DNA of 45,626 bases from NCBI RefSeq assembly GCF_000372725.1, contig NW_005202428.1, forward strand, positions 2,717,791 through 2,763,416, read 5' to 3'. Position numbers and translations under genes: made by a program. Below are positions 1 to 10,438 of this stretch, piece after piece. Numbering within the stretch: the first letter of the stretch is position 1; every line of letters starts with the position of its first letter. A model generated the notes under the pieces. It saw nothing but the letters and a program-made list of their open reading frames with translations. It had not been told where the DNA came from and searched no databases. Origin of the DNA: Emiliania huxleyi CCMP1516 (taxonomy: Eukaryota).

Positions 1-207
1 GAGACCGGAAGGCCCCCCTTTCGCCTCTGAAAGAGCCAGTCGATCCGACCCACAGGCACAGCGCGGAGTCGTGCAGGAAGCGACGTGTGGCTGTCTGCTC
101 AGCCGGGCTCGCTGGCCTGCGTGCATGCAATCGAGCGCGAGTGGCTCCTCGCGGCGCCATGCATCGAGGGGCTGCATTGTGGGCGACCGAGCCGTATCGA
201 TGGGGCC

Positions 208-290
208 GTCGGCTTGCCATGCCCTCCATCGCCCCAGCTCCAGACACTGCCGTCAGCGGTGAGGGCGAGGCTGTGGTCAGCGCCAGAGAG
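208..290 (-). pseudogene. Isolated RCC1-repeat fragment
   Basis: Translates as SGADHSLALTADGSVWSWGDGGHGK, matching the RCC1 repeat pattern (G..HsLaLt.dG.VysWG.g..GqLG). No further repeats on either side. Confidence 0.7.
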
Positions 291-346
291 CCGTAAAAGA
301 GGCTGGCGTGCCCACTGCTCACCGTTTGGGGCGCCGCAGTGAGTCA

Positions 347-1347
347 CTGGAGCGGCCGCACACTGCTCGGTACCCCCCCTGCACCTCTGCTGCTGGGGGG
401 GTCGGGACCCGGTGGCGAGCAGAGCTTGAGCGGCAAAACATCGAGAAAAACACTGATCTGACGATTGTCACAGAACGTACAGCCGCAGCTCTTCAAGCCT
501 GCTTCCACCCCCCCCCCCCCCCCAGCAGCAGCGCTCTGCTGCTGGGGGGGTCAGAACCCCCCCCTAACAGCAAAACTCTGCCTGTGGGGGGGGCTGGCAT
601 CTCTGTACAGACAGCAGCTGTAAGTAGCATGCGTTCCAAGTGGCGAGAATTTATGGTCGGCACCAAAATCAGTGGTCTCACCGGCGGGCCCTCCTACTGC
701 CAGCCGGGCGGTGCGGGGCACGCCAGCCTCTCTTCTACGCCTCTCGTGCCTCGCGGCGCCTCTGCTTCAAGGAGGGAAGATACGGCTCTCGCAGCTGTGG
801 CGTGGCACAGCGGAGAGCACAGCGGGCGGTACAAGTCCATCTCAGACATGGTTCCCTATCTTCGCATGCTCGTTGTTGGTGATATCCGCGCGAGGTCATA
901 CGCCACAGGCCAGCAATCACTCGGCGATGAGACTACTGATTTGGCGCGACGCTCTGACACCGAGTGTTGCTCGACGCTGCGACACCGTCGAGTACCGCGT
1001 GCAGCGCTCAACCTCGCGGAGTACACCTCTCGCTATCATCCCGCTTCGCGGCGGTCGGGCTGCTTGATTTGTCGGAAGACACCCACATCTCTGCTGCTGG
1101 AGGAGAGCTTCCGATAATCATAGTGGGTTCGCGATGGACCAGCCAGGGGGGCGGCGGCGGCGAAGAGGCGGGAGCTGAAACCAGTGCGCTCTGCTGCTGG
1201 GGGGCTCGGGACCCCCCCCCCAGCAGCAGAGCTCTGCTGCTAGGGGGGGTCCGCTCTGCTGCTGGGGGGGGTCAGACCCCCCCCCTAGCAGCAGGGACGG
1301 GCTTAGAAGTGCAGGGGGGGGTACCGAGCAATGTGCGGCCGCTCCTG
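347..1347. mobile_element. About 1 kb non-autonomous TIR element (MITE-like)
   Basis: Left end CTGGAGCGGCCGCACACTGCTCGGTACCCCCCCTGCAC is the near-perfect reverse complement of 1309-1347. Subterminal CTCTGCTGCTGGGGGG repeats at both ends. No TSD recognised. Confidence 0.8.
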
Positions 1348-1531
1348 TTTTGGGTGCCGGAACATACAGTCACCGTCCGTAAACTCTCGCCCAACTGGAC
1401 ACGCACTCTCGCGCACGCGAAGCTTCCCTGTATGTAGATGTACAGTAGACCAGCCTCACATCGAGTCCATTCGCCCTGCGCCAGCCCTCCACAGTCCCGC
1501 TTGTGCGATCACGCGACGGCCTCGCACGAGC

Positions 1532-2375
1532 TCAGGCGATCGAGGAGGCCTCCTCGACGTTGCTGTTGCCGTCGTTCTCGGTGACGGCGGCTGGCGACTT
1601 CGCCGGCGATTTGGAGGCCTTGGCTGGCTGCGGCGCGGCCTCGGAGGAGCGCTTCTCGCCCACGACAGCCTCCGGGTTCTTCGCCGCTTCTTCCATTGCG
1701 GGCGTTTCCGGCGACACGGGCGAGGCCCCCTCCACCGCCACTGGAGCCGCCTCGGTCGCCTGCTCGGACGACGCCTTGGCGTCGCCCTTCATCTTGTTGG
1801 CTGGCGAGGCCGTGTCCATCTCCTCCTTCTCCTCCGCCGGCGTCACGGGCTTGCAGTTGGGCGAATCGAGAGCGATCTCGACCATATTGCGTGCAAGGGC
1901 CGCAGAGGGCGTCGGCGGCTCGTCAGCGGTGGTGGCGGCGGTGTTCGACACCTGCGCAAGCACTCGAGCGGCGGGGTGGCGTCGGGTTATTGTGTGGGGG
2001 GGTGGCGGCAACCTGGCTATGCGTCGCGCGCAGGAGAGCGCTCGGGCGCGCGGAGTTCGGGCGTTCGGCGGGGCGGCGGGCGAGGGAAGGTGTGCGCGAG
2101 CCTCTTGCTTGGGCGCCGCGGGCTCGCCGGCGGACGGGGTGGGGTCGACGGTGGCGATCGACGTGTCCGCTGCGGGCGGCTCTGCGGCCTGCGGAAGTGA
2201 GTGGTGATGGGGCGTGAAGCTGCTTGGGTGCGATGCGTCGATCGTCGGTGACGCGCACGCAGGGGAGGGGTGCGTGGGTGTGTTGACGCGCCGGCTGCTT
2301 CTCGAGGCTCGTGGGCGGGGAGATCGTCTCCTCGACGGCGGCGGCCGGGATCATCGACTCGGTGGCAGAAGACAT
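1532..2375 (-). CDS. Hypothetical Ala/Pro/Glu-rich low-complexity protein, probably 3 exons
   Basis: ATG at 2375 (MSSATESMIPAAAVEE). Two plausible GC-AG introns join it to the ORF ending at 1532. Composition is consistent across exons. Confidence 0.55.
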
Positions 2376-3658
2376 GGTGCGAGCAGTTCAGTATTGTAGG
2401 AGGGCAGAGTGCTCGAGGCAAAACAAATCGCGATGCGCGTCACTGGCTCTTCAACGCGCGCACTGGCTCTTTTCGACGCGCGAGCGCCACAAATTAGCCG
2501 CGCCAAACCGCGTCCCTAAACCCAAAGAACAAAACCAGCGCGCCTCGGAGTGGTCGTCCCGGTCCATGTCCCGCCATGTGCGGTGCCGCATGTGCGGTCC
2601 CGCGCAGGGCAAGATATTCTTGTTGTGGTTGGAATAAGCAACAAATCTCACACTGTCGCCACTCGAGGCGCGCAGACAGCTATTGTGCCAGGTAAGAGCG
2701 AATGGCGCGGTTCACGCCTCGCACACAGAGAAGCGACCGGTGCTCTCGTCTGCATGTGGTGCTTTGGTGGGTCATCTCTCAGAGAGCGAGTGTATTTGGT
2801 CAAGGAGCCCCGCGTGCGCTCCGCTACGCGGCCGCGCGCGCGACCCTGCGCGCAGGCGCTTTTGTGTGCGAGACACGCGCTCTCTCGCCGTCTCAAAAAC
2901 CACACGCAACGTGGAAAGTGGATCGAATAGAATGTGCGCAACAGCGCCTCGATAGAAGATTAGATACCGGAGGAGCCAGGAGCGGAGCGCCGCGCCGAAG
3001 GAAATTTGAGGGTTGAGGAGGGCTAGATACGATTCATCAAGAGCTTGCTCCAACCCTAAGCAACACTCTCAGAGCCCACCCACTGCGCACTGCCCCCCCG
3101 CGTATAGGCCTATATGCCGCAATATGCGTCTCTACTTTTGCTAACAAGAAAAGGATGAAACGTACTGTACTGGTTTCTCGGTTCCGTTGGCCTTTGTAGG
3201 GAAGAACTTTGAATCCGTCAAAACGCCTGCTTGGGGCAGCTTTTCAGAAGCCGTCTGCTCCCCAAGTTGTCAACAGCAGGCGCTGCGGGCCGCCTCGCGC
3301 TCCCCGGCGCGCGCGCATGTGTCCGGGCTGCGGGTAGCGCCGGGGCGCTCTGCGCACGATCGAAATCACACGCTGGTCCCTCGTGTTTCCACGCCCCGGG
3401 GTGGTCCCGCGGCGGGTCTCCGGTCTCCGGACTCCGCGGCGGCCAGCAGTGAAAATCCAAACGATTAAATAAAAACCCACGCAGCACGCACTGGGCAGTG
3501 ACCAGTGTCCGGGGCGTCCTGGCCGCCCCTGCAAAGGTAACGACAAAAGTTGTGCATTACCAACCCGCGGCAAGGCACCGCACCGAACCGAATATTCCAA
3601 AACGAAACGAACGAGACGCGTTCTTCCTCAGTAGTCTCCACCGCCGATGACGCCTTGA

Positions 3659-4667
3659 TCACGTTTGATCGTTCGGGCTGCTCGGCGGGGCCGCACCGCC
3701 CATCGCGACTGCGCTCTCCGCTGCAGCCTCCGGCGCCGCATCCTGCGGCCTCAGGATCACGTCCAGCAGCAGGCCCGGCTCGTCGAGGCGCATCTCGTTC
3801 ATGTACAGGTCCTACGGCGAGTGGTGTCTGCTGAGGTGCAGCCGGGAGAGGGGTCGCGCACCTCGTTTGTGCTGACGCGCCTTGAAGCGCGCGTATGCGT
3901 TGACGACATCCCCCTACGGCCAAGGTCCGAGAGAGGTGTCCGAGCTGTAGCCGAGAGCCCAGCCGAGAGGCAGCGCTCGACGCTTCCTGCTTGTCCCTCC
4001 ACTCAAACCCGACCGGAGGCACAGGCAGCAGCGACCGAACTCCGACTCTGGCGGCGGTGTTGTCCTGCGGGCGGCGCAAGCAAGGGTCGGCTGCCGGTGT
4101 GCGCAGCCTGGCTGAGCGGGATGCGGCCACAGTGGAGGCGCGAGGAGGCCGCGCCTGGAAGACGCCTCGCCCGACGCCGTATCCAAGCTGCTGCGGAATG
4201 AGCACTCGGCGGATGCCGCCCGGCTTCATCGGAGGGATGCCGCCGCGGCCAAGGACGGCCATGTCGAGCCCCTCGATGACGCTCCCGTCCCCGAGCACCC
4301 ACGAGAAGGGCTGCTGCGAGTCCTTTGTGCTGTAGATCTTCCCGCCGGCCATCGGAGTCACGCCAATGTTTCGCGTCATCATGTAATCGACCGTGACTCG
4401 CTCGCCGTCCCGCGGCACGCCGCCGACGCCCTGCCGAATGTCTGCCCAGCGCAAACCACTCACATCCAGTGTGAGGTCGATGGCAGCCGCCGGAGACGGT
4501 CGCAGTGCCGCCGCCGCGGACACTGCCGCTGCGAAGGGCAAGCGCAAGGCGGTGCGCCTGTCGAGAAGGAGGTGTCCAGCGCTGCCGGCTGGAAGGCGAT
4601 CGGACGTCGAGACAGCTGGAAGGCGAGAAGAAGAGAGAGAAAGAGCGGCGCATGAGAGCACGAGCAT
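3659..4667 (-). CDS. FKBP-type peptidyl-prolyl isomerase, probably plastid/thylakoid-targeted (spliced)
   Basis: SGLRWADIRQG, VTVDY, FSWVLGDGSVIEGLD, MKPGGIRRVLIPQQLGYG; spliced C-terminus YARFKDLYMNEMRLDEPGLLLDV. N-terminal presequence with RR followed by an Ala-rich hydrophobic stretch. Confidence 0.88.
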
Positions 4668-5150
4668 TCTCTTTGCGCCTTGCGCATTTTTTGTTTGAGA
4701 GCGCCTTCGTTGTTAATAGTACAAACCCAATGGTCCTCTGCGAGCGGTCCTTCGTTGCAGTCGCACACACTCACACGCCACGCCTCACCGCGCGCCCACC
4801 CGCTGCCCCGCCCAGGCGGGAAAGAGATGAGGAGATGGGACAGCAAAGGAGGAAGCCCAAACACGTATGGGAGGGTTCAGTAATGCGTCACGCTGCCCGG
4901 CGTTTCTCACTCTCCGGGACAGCCCCGCCCTTGTGAGGCAGGAAAGTGACGGCTACCCCGTACGCCCTGCGGCCTGCTACTCCGACGCCGACCGCCCATT
5001 CCCCCCTCCTCGATCCCTCCTCGAATTCTTCGGCCCCGACAAGCCACCCGACGTTGGGCCCCCGCCCTGCACGCCCCTGCCCCTCGCCGCCCCGCGCACA
5101 CACCCTGGCCCGACACGCACATACAAGACAAACCCGGCGTCCTGCTCTCA

Positions 5151-5850
5151 AAAGAAAAGAAAAAATGGGAAGGAGGAGACCAGCGGGGGAGACTCCCCGC
5201 CTAATGCAACACCCCAGAGAGGGGCTGCCATCGCCGAAGCTGTGCCTAAGCATAACTCCCAAACCCGCAGCGGCCCGGGGGGCCTTGGGGGCAGCCTGCC
5301 GGACCGCTGTTGCACGGGGCCAAGCCCCAGAAGATGAGAGTAGTTGATGGATCGGGCTGTCGACCGTGCCTCCCCCCTTTTCGTCAGAGTGGGACCTACG
5401 CCGCGCCGGGTAAGGGGCGCGCCCGGTCCTCGACGGAGCCGCGCGCCCCAAACGACCCAGGCGGCGAGTAGTCGTCCTCGAACCTTCGACTCGTAGTCGC
5501 CCGTGGTCAGCGCCCCTCCTCCCTCGCCCGTCCCTACTCATACTGCTCTCGAGGCGCCCGCGGCATCTCGCCGCCCATCTTCGGCCACGCGTTGTAGTCG
5601 AAGATAACGGCGTTGCGCCTCGCGACGATGGTCGAGTGCACTTGCAGGAAGCGCTTGCGCTCGCTACTGACCCGCCATCGTTCGCTGTCGGAGGACGCCT
5701 TAGCGGCCTTGATGTCGAAGTTGGTGTTGAACCACGTCGCCGCCTCGTGCCCGATGCCGCCACGCGTGCTCGCCGCCCACGTCATAAAGTCGCAGTTCTT
5801 GGCGTCGCACGCCGCTGCCTTGGCCTTCCGCTTTTTTTGTCCTTTTTTCC
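5151..5850 (-). mobile_element. 5'-truncated non-LTR retrotransposon fragment (restriction-like endonuclease, CRE-like C-terminus)
   Basis: KAKAAACDAKNCDFMTWAASTRGGIGHEA...FLQVHSTIVARRNA resembles the end of CRE/SLACS-type RLE domains (F.p.a.et.Gg.g..a ... q.ls.av.RgNa). Followed by a putative UTR ending in a T-rich tract near 5151-5166. Confidence 0.55.
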
Positions 5851-5852
5851 TC

Positions 5853-5921
5853 TCTCGAGGTGCTCGAGGTGGATACTCGAGTATCCTTTGGCCGCGTTGG
5901 GTAGCGAGGATTGGTGTAACC
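5853..5921 (-). repeat. Short copy of the putative RTE-like LINE 3' end (second copy at 23934-23983)
   Basis: GGTTACACCAATCCTCGCTACCCAACGCGGCCAAAGGATA vs GGTCACACCAATCCTCGCTACCCAACGCAGCCAAAGGATA; both followed by TCCACCTCGA. Confidence 0.75.
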
Positions 5922-6036
5922 CGAGCCACATTTGGGAGAGAGATTTTTGAAGACCAACAAGAAATCACGACCCCACAGTGATTTGGGCTCGGCAGCTTGT
6001 TCGTTCGCCCTCAGCCGAAGCTGGGGCCGGTCCCGT

Positions 6037-6928
6037 CCTGAGGGAGGGTGTAGAGGATGTAGAGTGTAGAGCGCTGTAGAGCTGTAGAGATGTAGAGCGC
6101 TCTAGAGCGCTGTAGAGCTGTAGAGCTCTACATCCGCCGCGGGACGAAGTGCCTGCGTTGTAGAGCGATGTAGAGGCGCTCTACTCGAGTACAACGTGAA
6201 ATCTCTACAACAAACTCTACATCATAAGCGGCGAACGAGGCACGGTCGCTCTCCGACATGAGGCGCGTTGCACTTGCCAGTGCTGCCCTGGCCTTCTGTC
6301 TGCCCGCCCAATGGGTGGGAGGTGCCTCTGCTGCTATGGCATGCCTCACGGCTGCGACTGGCCGGCGCCTCGGCGCGTCAGCTCGGCTCGGCGTAGCGAT
6401 CGTGGCCAGCGCAACTCGCCTGGACTCAACGCTCAGCCAGGAGCTCCCGCACGCGCTGGCGCGAGTCATGGCGCATGCAACGCTCAACAATGATCGCCTC
6501 GCCTCGGCAGATGCGACCGTCCTCGCAGCCGACAGTCCACCGCCTGCTAAAGGAGCACACTGCGACGAATGCGGCACCGGCCGACCGGCGACGCATGGCA
6601 GGCTGGTCATGACGCAGTTATAGGGTGTTGTGTGCTGTCAGAGTGACTCTCTGTGTGTCAGGGATAGTCAGGGCCGTCCATCAGAGCTCCAGTAAGCTCA
6701 GAGACACCCCATTAGTGCGACTCGACCTCTTTGAGTGGCACTGCCTTCCCGGCGGTTTGGCTGTAGAGCCTCTACAACAAACTCTGCAGCAAAATCGCGC
6801 TCTACATCGCTCTACAACGCAGGCACTTCGTCCCGCGGCGGATGTAGAGCTCTACAGCTCTACAGCGCTCTACATCTCTACAGCTCTACAGCGCTCTACA
6901 CTCTACATCCTCTACACCCTCCCTCAGG
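6037..6928. mobile_element. Non-autonomous DNA transposon with about 130-bp TIRs built of TGTAGAG units and a 6-bp TSD
   Basis: CCTGAGGGAGGGTGTAGAG...CTCTACACCCTCCCTCAGG; TCCCGT at 6031-6036 and 6929-6934. Confidence 0.9.
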
Positions 6929-7096
6929 TCCCGTAGCCGAGAGAGCCCGCGCCGATGAGTTCGACGCGGTCGGGAGGCCTTGCGAAGAGGCCAGCGAGGT
7001 GGCGATCGCTGTACTTCATGGTCGTCATCAGTATTTGTCGGCTCTCTCTGTCTTTATCCTGCCACTCTCGCCTCGCGGCCTGGGTTCCGGCTCCTA

Positions 7097-7864
7097 CCCA
7101 GATAGGGGGTCTGTCCACCCCGTAGACCCTACTGTCCACTATGAAAGTGTGAACAGGTGGGAGCAGCAGCTTCTGACCACGGCGCCGCAGGCGCCTGTTG
7201 ATAGGTCCAGGTGATAGCCCTGGATAGGCAATGCATACGCCTCACTGGGCCTTAGATCGCCCGACCGCGTCCCGGTGCTCTGCCGTCGGATTTGTGACGC
7301 CGCCGCACCGCGCCGCGGCCGGGGGCCCTCCGGAGGCCGAGGATGGCCGTGGCGGACCAGGACGAGCTCTGGGAGGTGGAGTGTCAGTGAGTATATTGTA
7401 GAGACTGACCATGTGCACAATATCTCTCACTCTAGCTAAGCCAGGGGAGGCGATGCCGGGGCCGTACAGCAGCTTGACGGTGCTTCGCCGGCGTGCGTCC
7501 CGGAGCGGTGCCGGACGGGGGACCAGGGGAGGAAAACGGAGGGCAGCGCCGACGCCGCTCTGATTCGACTTTTAACTTCAAACAAAGACAGTCGCACGCG
7601 CCGCAGTGCGGCGCGTGCGACTGTCAGGAGCGGATCCGTCAGTTAGTCGTGCTCACGCCGGGATCGTGCCCTCCGCAACCTGGGCAGACTTTCGCCTTGG
7701 ACAGTATGGCTATGCAATAGGTAGGTAGGTCCGGTTTTGACCGCCCCAGAGGGCCCCGCAATAGGTAGGTACCCCCTATTTTCCTCTTTTTTCGCTTCGC
7801 TGCGCGCGGCCCGGGGACAGGTAGATAGGTAGGGCGTTTTGGTGCGGGCAGACCCCTATCTGGG
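7097..7864. mobile_element. TIR element (CCCAGATAGGGG...CCCCTATCTGGG) flanked by TA
   Basis: Inverted repeat TCCTACCCAGATAGGGG(G)TCTG at 7092-7113 and 7849-7869. Right subterminal region resembles 44160-44349. Exact termini are uncertain. Confidence 0.7.
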
Positions 7865-7888
7865 TAGGAATCCTACACACGTGTGTAT

Positions 7889-9777
7889 ATGCTGCACGCA
7901 TTCCTCGCCGCATGCGCCTTTCGCTCTCCCGGCGTTCGTCCTCCCGCCACTCTGACCTCACGCAGCGGCGCTGGCCCTCCAACCGTGCGCATGTTCGCCG
8001 CCGACGCGAGCGCGGCCGAGGTCAGCAGCGACGCACCGGCACAGCTCCGACCTCAGCACGAGCTCGCCAAGGCGTGGTGGCCCGTGATCCTCACGCATGG
8101 GCTCGACCGCTCGCGTCCTCACCCGGTGCAGCTGCTCGGCCAGAGCCTCGTCGTGTGGCACGACGGCGCGGCGTGGCGCTGCTTCGCCGACGCGTGCGCC
8201 CACCGGTTCGCTCCTCTGTCTGAGGGCCGCGTCGAGGGCGGCTGCCTGCAGTGCAGCTACCACGGCTGGTCGTTTGACGGCGGCGGCGGCTGCGCACGCG
8301 TCCCGCAGGCGCAGCAGCCCCACGCCGCCGGCGAGCGAGCCCGTGTCGGCGCCTTTCAGACGCGCGAGGAGGCGGGCATGCTTTGGGTGTGGGGCGACGC
8401 CGCCTCCACCGCGGCCGAGGCGGAGGCGGCGCTGCCGCTCCCCCTCTCGCCGCTCCTGCGCCAGCTTTGCGAGCGATCCCCCGCCGCCGGCTTCCAGCGC
8501 GACCTGCCCTACGGCTACGAGCTGCTCGGCGAGAACCTGCTCGACGTCTCCCACCTGCCCTTCTCCCACCACGGCGTCGGAGGGCTCGCGCGGGAGGCGG
8601 GCGGATCGCTCGAGCTCCGCCCGCTCCCGCCCTCGCCGCCCGCGCCCGGGGCGGCCCGCTTCTCGGCGGCGGTCCTGCAGCCCGCGCGGGACGACCCGGT
8701 GCTCAAGGGGATGGCGGCCGCCTTCCCGTCGGCGAGCGAACCTTCCGAGAACCTTCCGAGACAGCCCGAGAACGCTTCCGAGACACGCCCGCGCGGCACT
8801 GCGACCCGAGACCCCTCCTCCCCGCCCCCGTGCTTCCCACAGATGGTCGACTCCGCCGCCGCGTCGGTTAACATCTCCTTCTTCGCGCCGCAACACGTCC
8901 GGTACGAGCGGCGGCCGAGGCCGGGCGCCGCGGCCAACGTGGAGCTCTTCCTCTGCCCCACAGCCCAAGGCCGCTCGCGCGTCTTCCTCTTCAACGCCTT
9001 TGCCGCCGGCGCGCGCCCCGCCGTGCCCGCGTCGCGGATGGCGCGGCTGCTGCTCTCCAAGGCTGTTGGCGCGGTTCGGCGCCTCCTGGTCGGCGGGCCG
9101 CCGCCGCGCAGCTTCGGCGCGCCAGGCACCGTCGCGGACCACATGCTGTCGCACCTCATCTTCGACGGCGACGGCATCTTCCTGCACTACCAGGGCCAGC
9201 GGATGGCCGAGCGCGGCCTGAGCTTCCGCGACTACTTTACGCCCACCTCGGCAGGCGCGCTCGTGCTGCGCTTCCTAGACACTTCCTAGACACTTCCTAG
9301 ACACTTCCTAGACACTTCACCTCGCCCACCTCGGCAGACGCGCTCGTGCTGCGCTTCCGCACCTGGCTCTCCTCGGCACGGCGCGGGAGCGACCCGGCGG
9401 TCGCGGCGGCCGCGGGCAGCGAGGCGGGCGAGACGGGCGAGGCGGGCGAGCGCGGCGGGTACGGCCGCAGCCTCGAGCGGGCCCAGCTGCTCGACCGGTA
9501 CGACAGCCACACGCGCCACTGCGCCGTCTGCTCCGCGGAGCTCGATCGCGTGCGTGCAGCCGCCAAGCTCTGCAAGCGGCTCGGCGAGGCGTGCATCGCG
9601 CTCGCGGGCGGCGTGCTCGCCGCGGCTCTCGGCGGCGCCGCGTCGCCGCGCGTCGCGGGCAGTGCGCTCGCGGGCGGTGCGCTCGCGCTATGGCGCCTCG
9701 AGAGGGCGCAGGCGCAGCTGCATCGGGAAGCAGCGGCTTTCATATTCGTCGATTATGTGCACGCCGACCGGGACTGA
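7889..9777 (+). CDS. Rieske [2Fe-2S] non-heme iron oxygenase, pheophorbide a oxygenase/Tic55/PTC52 family (2 introns)
   Basis: DACAHRFAPLSEG..LQCSYHGW Rieske motif; ENLLDVSHLPFSHHG mononuclear iron site; LLDRYDSHTRHCAVC CxxC; C-terminal hydrophobic segments and FIFVDYVHA. Confidence 0.92.
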
Positions 9778-10438
9778 GCCTCGAGCTGGCCTGGGGCCCT
9801 CCCCGGTCTAAACTCCAATCCTCATCGCACGTGGCACAGAGCTGCGCGTTTTGATCGAATACAGAGAATGCAGGAGCCCGCGCATGTGTGTGCTTGCAGC
9901 GTGACCCTCCCTGCCTCCCTGTGGACTCTGCCTGTCTATCTCTACTATGTATGATGGGCGAGGATACTGGTAAATGGGATCGCACGCATGTGTCCGCCCG
10001 CCCCCTGGATCTTCACAATCCGCCGTCCCCTCACCCCTCGTCACAACCGACAGAAGAGCGGCAAGAGTTGAGGGGGCTTGTGGCATGTGGCTGCTGCTTC
10101 GGCTGCGCCCTGCGGCTCCACGAGAACTCTGTTGACTGTTGTATGTGTAAAAAACTCTAAAAGAGTGAGGGCGAAGAGAAATTTCGTGTGTGGGGGGGGG
10201 GGGGTAACAGGAAACGATCGGAGAAACGCGATATTCGGAACCGGAAACACATATGAGCAAGACGTCGAATAGGAAACGAGACAGGCACGCACGTCCTATC
10301 TATAGGCTATAGTATTACTGCGTCGCAGCGCCTCGGCACGTCGTAAGTTCGGTACGATGTGTTCTACCCATCCACCACCCAAGTCGAGCCACGAGCGGCC
10401 GCGCAGTTGTGTGAAGCGTTGGGCGTCCAAAGAAGCTC

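Noticed and set aside
3916..3986. Possible second GA-AG intron in the FKBP gene
   Set aside because: An in-frame GC donor 3 nt away (GAA|GCGTCG) works equally well.
10064..10260. TTGAGGGGG followed by TG, like a Copia polypurine tract and LTR start
   Set aside because: No second LTR, TSD or pol remnant recognised.
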